From the IMG/VR virus record IMGVR_UViG_3300044641_002811: a DNA stretch of 64,000 bases. One strand, 5' to 3'. The stretch is from an uncultured virus (IMG/VR IMGVR_UViG_3300044641_002811) (taxonomy: Duplodnaviria; Heunggongvirae; Uroviricota; Caudoviricetes). This document shows positions 27,720 through 38,109 of the stretch, one piece after another. The notes below the pieces were generated by a model. It saw only the letters and a list, made by a program, of their open reading frames with translations. It was not told the origin of the DNA and searched no databases. The translations under genes and the position numbers were made by a program. Numbering within the stretch: position 1 is the first letter of the stretch; every line of letters begins with the position of its first letter.

Positions 27720-30700
27720 TGAACAGCTGTCCCATGAAGGAAGTTAAATCGACGACCATCAGGCAACGCAATTGTTAGCTGATCACCGTGCTCTGTCCTA
27801 CGTGATGCAATCATTCGTGCACCATTACGCAGTACCACTGGCGTACCAGCATCAACTGCATAATCCCAGCCGTTGTGAGATCCATAGCTCCTTGCAGCTC
27901 CAAATCGACCGCCAGGAACGGTTACTCCTGCCGACAAAGGCTTCAAACCCTTCGGTGTTTGGAATGCAATAAAGTTGTCAAGTGACTCACGACCGAAGTA
28001 CGCACCAGAGTCTTGTTTTACATCGAGATGAGCGCCAGTCGAAGTGGGTCCAATGTTCCCTACCTTGTAGACAATCTCTTCTCGCATGTTGTTTACGTCA
28101 AAGCGAGGGTTGTTTATGTTGGCTCGTGTTTGATTCAGCGCAGCAGCGACCTGAGCAGGAGGAAGGTATTGAAGACCAATCCAGATCTGACCCATTCCCC
28201 GTACAGCATTGTTGACATCACCGCCACGGAAGAACGAACCAACACGCTCGTGCATGTACTTAATTGCTAGTCGATCTTGTGTAGATTCATCAAAGCGATC
28301 ACTCCGACTTACGACACCACGATCAACCAACCCTTTCAATGTACTGCCAATGAATTGGTAGCGACCAACAGCATGAAGATCACCATTGGCTTGCATGTCC
28401 ATGATTTCTCCAACCGTCATTTGCAAGAGAGGTCGGTTGAACTGGGCAGTACCAGTACTTGAACCAATCGCTACATGACCGTTGGCACGACCACCACGAT
28501 TCAAAGCATCGTACCCTTTGTACTTACGATCAGTGCCTTGTGATTCCTTGCTAGCGATCAGGTCAAGGATTGGCTTGTATGGTTGGCCTCCGTCACCACC
28601 ACCAGCCGTCAGGTAGGAAGCACGAGCTGTCCTTGCAAGAGAGGGACGGTTAGTAAGAAGACGCTGTAGTTCTGGACGAACATATTGCATCATGTTCATC
28701 TCAGGAGGACGTGTTAGCTTGGGCTTACCCGCAAGTTCCAGTTGACGGTCCATGATCTCGAATGGATCAAGACCTGGGTACATCGAAGAGAGTTGCCAGA
28801 TTGCAGGGGGAATTGATCCACCGTTACCGACTGCTTGGACTGACTTCAACTCAGCAGAATTCAGGATTAGGCGGTTACGTACAGCATTCCTATCTGCATT
28901 CACAGTATCCCGAAGCTCACCTGCACGTGCACGTTGAGCACGCTGACCAGTGTCGTTACCGAGAATTGTGAAGCCTGCTCCATTACCGACAATCGGTTGA
29001 CGTGAGTTCGGGTCTAGTTTGCGAGCATATCGACCCTGACCTTGTACGCCTCTGTTGATCTCAGCAACAACCTCTTGCCCTGCTTTCTGGTAAGCAGCAG
29101 CAGGGTCTGCTCCTTCAGCAATCATCCGACGAGCACGTTCTTCCACATCTTGGTGGACATACCCTTTCATCAGATGGAACAACGACCCTTGATTAGCTGC
29201 TGCAAGAGTCCCTAGTGTCTCTTTCAGAGCACCTTCACCAGCAGACTTTGCCATTGCAGAGAACTCCTTGTTGGAACTCTCCTGCTGCTTAGCTTGTTCT
29301 CGGTAAGCGAGGCGGAGCTTTGTGGAGAATCGCCCACTGTTCAGGTACGTCATTGTCAGACGACCATCAGCAACCATTGCATCAAGTACCTGCTTTCCAT
29401 TCTCATCCGCCAACTCTTCAGTTGACTTCATGGATTGGATCCAGCCAGGGGCAGGTTCTAAGAATCTTGTTTGCCACTCTTGCTCGATGGCATCTACTTC
29501 GGTCTGACTGTAAGGACCACGTTCAGCTTGCAGACGCATGATTTCCTCTTGCATTTGCTTCTGTGCCATCTCCTTGTCTACCTGACCGTCACGGTATACA
29601 CCAAGGTTGTATTCGCGGAGTGCTTTGCGGAGACTACCTACTTCACCCTTGTACAGGTCACCAAAGCGCTGTGCCTTGCTAGAGCCGTTGAGTGTGACTT
29701 CTAGATTCTCAAGGTCAGTCAGATCATTGATGGTGAACTCACCGTTGCCAATGGCATCCTTTAGGTGCTCCATTGCAGCCAACCGTTGGTTGCGTAGGCC
29801 CACCTTTGTTCCACCACCTGTTCGCTGAATCCAATTCAGAACACCCTGAGCACCCTCAGCACGCCAATCTGTGTACAACTCAGATCGCAGTTGATCTTGA
29901 TATTCAGCCGCTAGAGCCTTCTGCCGTTGATTTGCGAATGCTGTCTTTTCTTGAGCTTCTGTTTGACGCATACCTGGAAACAGGTATTTGTCGAGAAACT
30001 TGTTATCAATACCTTTGTACTGAGCTAGGTACTCAGTTCTGATCTGTGCATTGATTGCAGCCCATACTTCAGGACCGGCATTCACAGCTGTCGTCAGCGT
30101 GAACTTCTGACCATCAATGTCAAACTCTCTGTCTGCATTCTCAGCACGATAGCTGGCATATCCATCAGCACCATCAAGTGCCCATGCTTGCATAGCGCCA
30201 TACCAGCGCCTACCTGACAAGCCACGAACAGCAGCAATTTGTTCTGCAGACACACCCCTTTCTTGCAGCTGTGCCGCAAGGTTGTTGTATGCCTGATCCT
30301 TTGCATCCAGCTGAGCTTCGCCAGCTCGAAGCTGCATTGCTTCTTGATAACTGATACCGCTGTCAAAGACAACGTTCTTACCAGCTAGTTCATCAGCCTC
30401 TGCACGTTTCTCACTGTAGTTCGTGACCATCTTGCCAATCGACTCAGACAGGCCAGCGAGACTACGCATGTTTCGCTCTACCTGATTGGTATCACGATTG
30501 GCGTCTTCAATTCTTGTCTGATAGTTCTGTAGTGCTGCCTTCTGATATTGAGACCTGAAGCTATCCTCCAGGTTCTTGTTGGCATCACGTTGTTTCTGTT
30601 CGTTAGCGTTCTTCGATTGAAGAGCCGACAAATACTCTGACCTATTTCGCCTATCCTGTTCTTGGACGGCTCTCATGCCACTTATGACACGTTGCCCTTC

Positions 30701-30787
30701 CTGAAAGATTCGTGCTGTTTGATCAGGTGCTTTAATCGGATCAAAACCAGTACGTTGGGCGTACCCTTTGTACGATACTTGTTCCAT
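27716..30787 (-). CDS. internal virion protein (gp15-like) with lysozyme-like and permuted M23 domains
   Basis: LDLIASKES..AVGRYQFI..TQDRLA; STGAHLD..HNGWD..FLHG. Confidence 0.8.
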   Translation of the reverse strand: MEQVSYKGYAQRTGFDPIKAPDQTARIFQEGQRVISGMRAVQEQDRRNRSEYLSALQSKNANEQKQRDANKNLEDSFRSQYQKAALQNYQTRIEDANRDTNQVERNMRSLAGLSESIGKMVTNYSEKRAEADELAGKNVVFDSGISYQEAMQLRAGEAQLDAKDQAYNNLAAQLQERGVSAEQIAAVRGLSGRRWYGAMQAWALDGADGYASYRAENADREFDIDGQKFTLTTAVNAGPEVWAAINAQIRTEYLAQYKGIDNKFLDKYLFPGMRQTEAQEKTAFANQRQKALAAEYQDQLRSELYTDWRAEGAQGVLNWIQRTGGGTKVGLRNQRLAAMEHLKDAIGNGEFTINDLTDLENLEVTLNGSSKAQRFGDLYKGEVGSLRKALREYNLGVYRDGQVDKEMAQKQMQEEIMRLQAERGPYSQTEVDAIEQEWQTRFLEPAPGWIQSMKSTEELADENGKQVLDAMVADGRLTMTYLNSGRFSTKLRLAYREQAKQQESSNKEFSAMAKSAGEGALKETLGTLAAANQGSLFHLMKGYVHQDVEERARRMIAEGADPAAAYQKAGQEVVAEINRGVQGQGRYARKLDPNSRQPIVGNGAGFTILGNDTGQRAQRARAGELRDTVNADRNAVRNRLILNSAELKSVQAVGNGGSIPPAIWQLSSMYPGLDPFEIMDRQLELAGKPKLTRPPEMNMMQYVRPELQRLLTNRPSLARTARASYLTAGGGDGGQPYKPILDLIASKESQGTDRKYKGYDALNRGGRANGHVAIGSSTGTAQFNRPLLQMTVGEIMDMQANGDLHAVGRYQFIGSTLKGLVDRGVVSRSDRFDESTQDRLAIKYMHERVGSFFRGGDVNNAVRGMGQIWIGLQYLPPAQVAAALNQTRANINNPRFDVNNMREEIVYKVGNIGPTSTGAHLDVKQDSGAYFGRESLDNFIAFQTPKGLKPLSAGVTVPGGRFGAARSYGSHNGWDYAVDAGTPVVLRNGARMIASRRTEHGDQLTIALPDGRRFNFLHGTAVQ

Positions 30788-30805
30788 TTAGTTTAGCTTA
30801 GTAAG

Positions 30806-31636
30806 TTAACCCCAGTTTATATTCTCTACCAAGCTTGCCGACATTGTTCCTGCCGCTCTATATAGATCTGCCGTAAGAGATCCTGAAGCAGATCCACGAA
30901 TCGGCTTGGGTGGTTTGCGTGGTTTCTGTGGCTTCTGGAAGATAGATCGAGGAAGCGGTATCGGTTTGGGTAGAGCAGGTGCAAGTTCAGGCTTAACCAT
31001 CCTGTTAGCTTCTGCAGCAATATCAGCGCCGTACTTGTCAGCAGCAATCTTACGAAGATTCACGTTGTACTGCTTCTCAGCACTGACAAGAGTTTCTGCA
31101 AGAATTGCTTGATTCCTTCCTACTTGTGCCAAGACGGCTTGAATCGTTTTTCCAGCAGACCTACCGGCTTGTCCTCTCGCTGCAGCCTTACCCTCAGCTT
31201 CCAACGCTTGAACAAACAGGTCTTGATTCTCGAAGGCTGTTGCAATGCTCTGCTCTTCAAGGAACCTGTTCTCTGATTCCATTGCCACTTGTGCAGCGAT
31301 GTTGTTGAAGTTTAGCTGCTGCCTAAACGTCTGCTCCGACTTGTTGTAGGCTTTCATCTGCATGTTGTATTCGTAATTACGAATCGCCATGCCATGGTTG
31401 TAGTCGTTTGTTGCGGTAGCCTCGCGCCAACCAAGCTCCGCATTCTCATTTCTTATTGCAATATCGCGTGACCGCCGGGCATACCTATAGTCCCGCTTTG
31501 CCTGATTCCAGTTGTATTTGTAGACTCTGGTATCATAGATATATTTCTTGTCAAGTGCAGCCTGCTCGGCCTTCCTTTCTGCGTCTCCAGCAAAGAGACC
31601 AAATACTGTCTTTAGGCCATCTGACAATATCGACAT
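30806..31636 (-). CDS. internal virion protein (gp14-like)
   Basis: Helical; GQAGRSA motif; follows tail tubular B. Confidence 0.7.
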   Translation of the reverse strand: MSILSDGLKTVFGLFAGDAERKAEQAALDKKYIYDTRVYKYNWNQAKRDYRYARRSRDIAIRNENAELGWREATATNDYNHGMAIRNYEYNMQMKAYNKSEQTFRQQLNFNNIAAQVAMESENRFLEEQSIATAFENQDLFVQALEAEGKAAARGQAGRSAGKTIQAVLAQVGRNQAILAETLVSAEKQYNVNLRKIAADKYGADIAAEANRMVKPELAPALPKPIPLPRSIFQKPQKPRKPPKPIRGSASGSLTADLYRAAGTMSASLVENINWG

Positions 31637-31637
31637 G

Positions 31638-34040
31638 TTATGCCCTCCTATAGAATCGTGGTGAATAAGATCCTTCCCACATCATCGAAGTAAGAGAGAT
31701 CGGGAATGGTGAATCACTAAAGACCTTTAGGTCAAAGTTAGAATTACGTTGATGAATAGGTAATGTGTACACGGTCTGTTCATTCAGAGGAACGTCATCA
31801 GCCAAGTAATAGTCAGCATCTTGGATCGACTGAACGTCATACCATTCGGATTGACCTTTTGCTTTCAGCTTGAAGCCAACGTTGCTGGAAAGACCAACTG
31901 AGAACTTAACCCGAGCAACAGTCAGATTTGCTGTGTAATCAGATCTGTTCTCCCCAATCTGATAGTAGATCGTTGGGAGTTGGATGTCAAAGTCATACTT
32001 GAATCCAAGGTAGACCTTATTTGCTTGTGCTGAGTAATCATCACCGACAAACTCAAAGTAAGGACCAGTTAAATCACTACCACGAGTAGGAGTCACAGTG
32101 AAGCCAGACTCACCAGTGTTGGTTGGGTCAGCAATGATGACTGCAGGGCTTAAGGTCGTGATGTCTTTATACCGGAGGTAGCAACGATTAACCTTCGTAG
32201 TAGCGTTGTAGGAGACGCTAGAAGGCGTTGCGTATTGGTCCAGGCATAGTTGCACCACCTGACCGCTATCGGCTCTCAGAATGGCATCGTCGGGGGTCTG
32301 AGTGAGGTTCGCTTTGCAGAGGGTATACTGACCAGACTGATACGTGACAATGTACGTGTCATCACTATCGACAGTAAAGAACTGGACATTACCTTGCATC
32401 TTCCAGTTGAACCATGTCTGCATTGCTGTCTCTTCACCAACGGTGTAAGTCCTGAAGAAGTACACGTATTGTGAAGACGGGCCATACATCGCAAAGAATG
32501 AGTTCTGAGGTGATGCAATGAGATCAGCGACAGAATCAGGAACCCATTCAGAAACCACCCGGCCAATGTCCAACACATCAGGGTTTTCTTGCTGACCACG
32601 AGTAGCCATAGCGTAGATACGGGTATAACCTGGAGACTTACTCAGGAATACCATGTTCGTACCAACGTCTACTGGTGGGATCAGCTCTTCATTTTCGTAG
32701 TTGGAGATGGTCCTGATGACTGAAGTCTTAGGGGTAAGGATACCGTCATCTGAATACATCAAGAACTGCTGACTTTTACTGAACATCACCAGACCCTGAG
32801 CAGCAGGGAGTACTGAGTGAAGAACAGCAGGTCTCAAGCTAGAGCAACTGATGTCAATGGGATCGTTGTCAGCTTGGGTAAGTGCAGAGACGTGGTAGAA
32901 GTTGTAGAACTCACCACTTTGACTCATCGACACATTGTCACCAGTCAAGAAGCCAAGGCGGTTATTGTGGAAGAAGACCTGTTGGATCTTTTTGCCAACA
33001 AAGCTTGGATGCTCGTTAGTTTCATCATCACCGACAAGACGTTCTTCCCAAGTGATGGGTCTGAACTCAAAGGTGTTGAGTGCGGTGTTCACCAGCTCAT
33101 GCGGCATGGTGGATGCAGTCAGACCCTTGGATACGTTCGGTGCAACGGTCTCCTGCCAACTACCTTTACCAGAGACACTGTTCTCTGCGATGAAGGTTGC
33201 GTAATAGGAGTCCTCTTTAGCGACAGTATTGTTGATCTTGATTACTCGACCCTGAACGCTTTCAGCAGGCAGTTCAGAGAAGTTATTGGCTTCATCTTGA
33301 AATGCTCTCAGCTCTTCACCGCTGATACCACCACGCGCTTCAATAGTGAAAGCAGACGACCCAGAGAGTTCGATGCTACCTTTACACTTTGTCTTAGTGA
33401 CACCAGCAGGTAGGGAGATGTTGGTAAAGATCTGGTCCAGAATGTCAGTTGCATTCAAGACCTTGTTCGTCGTTGTATTGGTGTTAGCAGGGTCTTCTGT
33501 GTTCTTTGTGGTGAAGGTATAAGCTGCAGCAGAGCCTACCTTGACGTAATACTCGGCGCCGTACTCTGCACTATAAAGACGGATGGTTGCCTTTGACTTT
33601 GCAGTGAAGCTTGGTGCTGCTTGGGTTGTAACAGTGACTTGGTTATTAGCGACAATCGTTGTATCTTGTACAGTCAGTACTTGAAGACTGTTCTTGGCAT
33701 TTGAACTACCGTAGGTCAGATAGCTGCTACCAGTGTTGGTTACAGTGACAGTCGCTGCTGGGTTGTTGACATTCCAGATCTTGATGCTGGTCCCATAAAT
33801 CACACCGATGTACTTCTCAGTATCATCTCGGTTGATGTAGAACCACTTACCATTCTGGAACTCATTCGTGGTAGACGAAAGGTTGCCTAACCACTTGGTG
33901 CCAGGCCGCTTCGATAATCCATAGGTAGGATCTGCGTAAGCATTGATTGCTTCTACAACCTGCCCTGGAAGCTTCTTGTCGTCTGGCTGCTTGGATACAC
34001 CACCAAGAAAGTTAGGTATTAGTTGAGTTACACTTGCCAT
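31638..34040 (-). CDS. tail tubular protein B (gp12-like)
   Basis: IPNFLGGVSKQPD, GLSKRPG, PSFVGKKI..FFHNNRLGFL. Confidence 0.92.
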   Translation of the reverse strand: MASVTQLIPNFLGGVSKQPDDKKLPGQVVEAINAYADPTYGLSKRPGTKWLGNLSSTTNEFQNGKWFYINRDDTEKYIGVIYGTSIKIWNVNNPAATVTVTNTGSSYLTYGSSNAKNSLQVLTVQDTTIVANNQVTVTTQAAPSFTAKSKATIRLYSAEYGAEYYVKVGSAAAYTFTTKNTEDPANTNTTTNKVLNATDILDQIFTNISLPAGVTKTKCKGSIELSGSSAFTIEARGGISGEELRAFQDEANNFSELPAESVQGRVIKINNTVAKEDSYYATFIAENSVSGKGSWQETVAPNVSKGLTASTMPHELVNTALNTFEFRPITWEERLVGDDETNEHPSFVGKKIQQVFFHNNRLGFLTGDNVSMSQSGEFYNFYHVSALTQADNDPIDISCSSLRPAVLHSVLPAAQGLVMFSKSQQFLMYSDDGILTPKTSVIRTISNYENEELIPPVDVGTNMVFLSKSPGYTRIYAMATRGQQENPDVLDIGRVVSEWVPDSVADLIASPQNSFFAMYGPSSQYVYFFRTYTVGEETAMQTWFNWKMQGNVQFFTVDSDDTYIVTYQSGQYTLCKANLTQTPDDAILRADSGQVVQLCLDQYATPSSVSYNATTKVNRCYLRYKDITTLSPAVIIADPTNTGESGFTVTPTRGSDLTGPYFEFVGDDYSAQANKVYLGFKYDFDIQLPTIYYQIGENRSDYTANLTVARVKFSVGLSSNVGFKLKAKGQSEWYDVQSIQDADYYLADDVPLNEQTVYTLPIHQRNSNFDLKVFSDSPFPISLTSMMWEGSYSPRFYRRA

Positions 34041-34648
34041 CAGCGATACAATGCCTTATAGGGTTCATAGCTGTTGTAGTAGTTGGCTCCACGAGGATGA
34101 CCAAAGAAGGTGTAGTCTCCTTGGTTGCATTCATACTCAAGAGCCATCGCACGGGTGTATGCTTCTTTCTGTTGCAGCATCTGGTACTGAGTGCTGTCAC
34201 CAACAATCCGTGAGGATGTGATACTGGCAGCTCGTGCAACGATGTAGTCTTTGATGGGTGTCGGAAGATCGACCCAATCAAACAACCACACCACATCACA
34301 CAGCACCTGCTCAGTGAATGTGTACGAGTGAGCAGTGCGGTCATACAGCTTCCCACTACGACGTACAACATCCCGATCCCTGTAGCTAGGAGTCAGATCT
34401 AGTTGGAGTACGTTGTTGGGAATGAGAATCTGGTTGTTGTTGTCGGGAGTGAACGGGTATTCATACTCCCGGTTAAAGGTCCATCCTTCTGCCTGAACCT
34501 CCCGTGACACCTGTTGAAGGGTGTCGTACGCAATCGCAACGTCCGGGTTGGTTTGATCAAGGGTGGTTACAGGCGCCTGACCAACTGACGCCAGAATTTC
34601 ATTAACAGCTTGAAGCTCAGTCTGAGCGTTAGTGGTAGGGAACGGCAT
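34040..34648 (-). CDS. tail tubular protein A (gp11-like)
   Basis: ELQAVNEILASVGQAPV..VQAEGWTFN. Confidence 0.92.
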   Translation of the reverse strand: MPFPTTNAQTELQAVNEILASVGQAPVTTLDQTNPDVAIAYDTLQQVSREVQAEGWTFNREYEYPFTPDNNNQILIPNNVLQLDLTPSYRDRDVVRRSGKLYDRTAHSYTFTEQVLCDVVWLFDWVDLPTPIKDYIVARAASITSSRIVGDSTQYQMLQQKEAYTRAMALEYECNQGDYTFFGHPRGANYYNSYEPYKALYR

Positions 34649-34673
34649 AACAGAAATGTTGTATGCGATGGAT

Positions 34674-34702
34674 AAAAAAGAGGGGAGACCGAAGACTCCC
34701 CC
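34674..34702 (-). terminator. terminator after the capsid operon (T-phi position)
   Basis: GGGGAGTC-TTCG-GTCTCCCC followed by TCTTTTTT. Confidence 0.8.
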
Positions 34703-34708
34703 AATAGA

Positions 34709-34888
34709 TCAGACGTTAGCGATGTTGCACTCAACGCCAGGATAAGCAGTACGCAGACCCTTGGTGGTCGAAGCCACAGCAGAGTCAGCGACAGCAGAAC
34801 CATAACCAAAACGAGTCTTGGCTACAGAAATACGAACGGCATCAGTGGTGCAAGCACCGTTGTTGCCAGCAGCTACAGAAGCAGCCAT
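34709..34888 (-). CDS. 59-aa protein, possible capsid decoration (not in ORF track)
   Basis: GAGG RBS; MAASVAAGNNGACTTDAVRISVAKT... Confidence 0.7.
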   Translation of the reverse strand: MAASVAAGNNGACTTDAVRISVAKTRFGYGSAVADSAVASTTKGLRTAYPGVECNIANV

Positions 34889-34903
34889 GATGTTTTACCT
34901 CAA

Positions 34904-35101
34904 TCAGGGAGTAGGAGCGACGTAAGGCAGCTTGCCGTCTACGTCATCAGTCTTCACCTTGTCGAGGCGAATGCCCTGACCCGAAGCCACAGTCCGACCA
35001 AACTCCACAGGAGTCAGCGGATTCTGAGTTTGCGAGTTGGTAATACTACCAATGGCATTTCCTTCAACAAGGATCACCGAAGTGCCAGGAATAATAGACA
35101 T
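34904..35101 (-). CDS. small protein after the capsid gene
   Basis: TAAGGAG RBS; 65 aa. Confidence 0.7.
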   Translation of the reverse strand: MSIIPGTSVILVEGNAIGSITNSQTQNPLTPVEFGRTVASGQGIRLDKVKTDDVDGKLPYVAPTP

Positions 35102-35116
35102 GTGTCTATCTCCTTA

Positions 35117-36136
35117 TCAGGAACGTGCAGACTGCAGCTCGATAGCGCAGGCAGGGTTCAGGGTGCCGCAACCCATGGCAAGACGACCAACGATGATGTC
35201 ACCTTGATACATGGTGCGAACGTCAGAACCAGTGGTCTGCACTTGAGGACCAATGGCCTCAACCACACCAGCAGCATCTTTGTGGTAGATCAGACCGCAG
35301 TGGGTGCTGAAGTTACCGGAGTAGTCGTTGTTCTCACCGTTCACAGCAGCAACAGTACCGGCCAGGAAGGGCAGATTGTTGGAGCGCTTGATGGGGATAC
35401 CAGCGATCTCATAGAGACCTTCGCCGGACTGCAGGCTACCGGAGTTGTTGCCGAAGTCACGGTTCAGGATGTTGCTGTCAACTTGGCTCACCAGTGCGTA
35501 GTACTGACGAGGGGACAGCACAGCCATACGACCCTGCTTGGGCAGGTTCTTCTCATCCATGATGGAAGCAGCTTCAAAGAAGGCATCCACCAGAGCTTGA
35601 GCGTCGTACTCTTTCTGCACACCCAGTTGGATGATGCTACCGCCGGGCTCAGGGCCAGGAGCAGCAGTGATCGGGTGAGCTTCACGAGCAGCCTTAGCGA
35701 TCTGACGGAAGATCTTCTTGTCGTAAGCCTCAGCCAGAGCGTGGCCGATCTTAGCGGCGATCTCAGAACGCAGGCTGTAGTGAGCCAGGGTCTCATCGAG
35801 ATCGTACACAAAGGCAGAACTTACGAGAAGGTCGTCACAGACGATGGTCTTCTCAGCCACCGGGGGATCACCAGAACCCAGGATCGGAGTACCGGGTTCG
35901 TGGTACGAAGCCTCCATACGGCCCGTGAAAATGAACTGCATCGCCTTCCCATTTTTCAGGGTACGGCTCTGCACAGTGCCTTTGGCGATAGTGGCGCTTT
36001 CATACGCCTTGAACATTTCGCCCGAGAACAGTTTCAGATAAGTTGCATACTTGGTATCGTAAGCAGTACCAAGAGCAAGAGGAGTGGCCGACGTATTATT
36101 TACGCGACCAATAGAAGTTACGGTAGTGTTAGCCAC
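35117..36136 (-). CDS. major capsid protein (gp10-like)
   Basis: LKLFSGEMF..RTLKNGKAMQF..DDLL..G.L.P.CA. Confidence 0.95.
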   Translation of the reverse strand: MANTTVTSIGRVNNTSATPLALGTAYDTKYATYLKLFSGEMFKAYESATIAKGTVQSRTLKNGKAMQFIFTGRMEASYHEPGTPILGSGDPPVAEKTIVCDDLLVSSAFVYDLDETLAHYSLRSEIAAKIGHALAEAYDKKIFRQIAKAAREAHPITAAPGPEPGGSIIQLGVQKEYDAQALVDAFFEAASIMDEKNLPKQGRMAVLSPRQYYALVSQVDSNILNRDFGNNSGSLQSGEGLYEIAGIPIKRSNNLPFLAGTVAAVNGENNDYSGNFSTHCGLIYHKDAAGVVEAIGPQVQTTGSDVRTMYQGDIIVGRLAMGCGTLNPACAIELQSARS

Positions 36137-36352
36137 AATAGTAAAGAGAGAAGTTTGTGTTCGTTCTCTCTAAGCGCTTAGAGAATCACATGGTTAAACA
36201 TGTGCTCATTAAAGTTTTGTTTGATGTCGTCTCTCCGACTGTCATGGCATTGGTTGTCGGCGTACCGGCCAGTGCCAATAAGAGTAGGGTCCGACTCTGA
36301 GGTGCCCTACTCCAACCACATCGCTGTGGATTTCAGCCCGAGTTAGCGGGAA

Positions 36353-36496
36353 CTATTTCTTAGCAGTTTTTGCTGCTTTCTTAAATTGTGCCGCAGTCGG
36401 CGCACCACTCGATCCAGGCTTTCTCATCTTCTCACCAGAACCATTCTTGATGCGAAGACGTTTGGCATGGATGTTGGCGTAGAGACCGGATTTCAT
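36353..36496 (-). CDS. 47-aa basic protein (not in ORF track)
   Basis: MKSGLYANIHAKRLRIKNGSGEKMRKPG..APTAAQFKKAAKTAKK. Confidence 0.7.
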   Translation of the reverse strand: MKSGLYANIHAKRLRIKNGSGEKMRKPGSSGAPTAAQFKKAAKTAKK

Positions 36497-36545
36497 CAGC
36501 AGCCTTTCTTGCCGCCGCCACCCTTACCACCTTTACCTTTCATGA

Positions 36546-36722
36546 TCAGGCAGGCCAGGCAGCACCACCGGCTTGAACCTTCACACCTTTCGGGCTCAGT
36601 TCAGTCAGGGTTTGAGCAGTTTCGCCGTAAGCACTAATGAATGCCTGGCTGTTTGCAGTAGGGGTTACGTACTGCACAGTCACCGAAGAGACCTTCGGAT
36701 CAAAGGGATTTGCTGTTGCCAT
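36546..36722 (-). CDS. 58-aa protein (not in ORF track)
   Basis: MATANPFDPKVSSVTVQYVTP...; starts 2 nt after the psbA stop. Confidence 0.65.
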   Translation of the reverse strand: MATANPFDPKVSSVTVQYVTPTANSQAFISAYGETAQTLTELSPKGVKVQAGGAAWPA

Positions 36723-36724
36723 TG

Positions 36725-37807
36725 TTATCCAATAGAAGGAGACACCAGCGCCACAGGGGTGGTTTCAGCACTGGCAAGGTCAAGGGGGAAGTTATGGGCA
36801 TTACGTTCGTGCATTACCTCAAAGCCAAGGTTAGCACGATTGAGAATGTCAGCCCAAGTATTAACGACACGACCATTGTTGTCGAGCAGTGATTGGTTAA
36901 AATTGAAGCCGTTCAGGTTAAACGCCATTGTAGACACACCAAGAGCAGCAAACCAAATACCAACCACAGGCCAGGCAGCAAGGAAGAAATGAAGCGAGCG
37001 GCTATTATTAAAAGAAGCATACTGGAAGATAAGCCTCCCAAAATAGCCATGAGCTGCAACAATGTTATAAGTCTCTTCCTCCTGCCCAAACTTGTAACCA
37101 TAGTTCTGACTTTCCTGTTCAGTAGTCTCACGTACAAGCGAGGACGTAACAAGGGAGCCGTGCATAGCACTGAATAGCGACCCGCCGAAAACCCCAGCGA
37201 CACCCAACATATGGAAGGGGTGCATTAGAATGTTATGTTCGGCTTGGAACACCAGCATGTAGTTGAAGGTTCCTGATATACCCAAAGGCATCGCGTCGCT
37301 AAAAGAACCTTGGCCAAAGGGGTAGACGAGGAAAACTGCAGATGCCGCTGCAACGGGTGCTGAGTAGGCAACACAAATCCAAGGGCGCATCCCTAGTCGA
37401 TAGCTAAGTTCCCACTCGCGTCCCATGTAAGCATAGATGCCAATGAGGAAGTGGAAGACCACAAGTTGGAACGGTCCCCCGTTGTAGAGCCATTCATCAA
37501 GTGAATTAGCTTCCCAAATTGGGTAGAAGTGAAGTCCGATGGCATTGCTGCTCGGAACGACGGCTCCCGATATGATGTTGTTTCCATAGAGAAGGCTCCC
37601 TGCGACAGGTTCGCGGATGCCATCAATATCAACTGGTGGAGCCGCAATGAATGCAATTACAAAGCAGATGGTGGCTGCAAGGAGACACGGAATCATCAGT
37701 GTCCCAAACCACCCAACATAAAGACGGTTGTTGGTCGAAGTGACCCAGTTAGTAAAAAGCTCCCAGGAAGACTCCTGAGAGCGGGAATCTGCAATAGCAG
37801 TTGTCAT
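36725..37807 (-). CDS. psbA: photosystem II D1 protein
   Basis: [42 protein letters not shown]. Confidence 0.99.
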   Translation of the reverse strand: MTTAIADSRSQESSWELFTNWVTSTNNRLYVGWFGTLMIPCLLAATICFVIAFIAAPPVDIDGIREPVAGSLLYGNNIISGAVVPSSNAIGLHFYPIWEANSLDEWLYNGGPFQLVVFHFLIGIYAYMGREWELSYRLGMRPWICVAYSAPVAAASAVFLVYPFGQGSFSDAMPLGISGTFNYMLVFQAEHNILMHPFHMLGVAGVFGGSLFSAMHGSLVTSSLVRETTEQESQNYGYKFGQEEETYNIVAAHGYFGRLIFQYASFNNSRSLHFFLAAWPVVGIWFAALGVSTMAFNLNGFNFNQSLLDNNGRVVNTWADILNRANLGFEVMHERNAHNFPLDLASAETTPVALVSPSIG

Positions 37808-37812
37808 TGAAG

Positions 37813-38109
37813 TTAGTTAAGTCGAGTTACTTTTACCCGTCCAACTCCAGAGCCAGTGAGACCGATTATATCAGCCGCACCTTTACTGAGATCGAGTGAC
37901 CTTCCATGCATGTAGGGGCCACGATCATTTACCCGAACAACGGCACACCTCTTGAAACAGACCTGTAGGCGTGTTCCAAACGGGAGTGTCTTGTGCGCTG
38001 CAGTAAGGGATTGTTGATTGAACCGTTCACCATTAGCTGTTAGGTTACCGTTGAAACCCGGCCCATACCACGAGCTAATTACTGACAGAGTAGTTAGAAT
38101 AGGAATCAT
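37813..38109 (-). CDS. rlpA: RlpA-like lytic transglycosylase (DPBB fold)
   Basis: [33 protein letters not shown]. Confidence 0.9.
   Translation of the reverse strand: MIPILTTLSVISSWYGPGFNGNLTANGERFNQQSLTAAHKTLPFGTRLQVCFKRCAVVRVNDRGPYMHGRSLDLSKGAADIIGLTGSGVGRVKVTRLN

Noticed and set aside
35100..35140. T7 10A/10B-type capsid frameshift
   Set aside because: No slippery heptamer near the stop; the next ORF has its own strong RBS.
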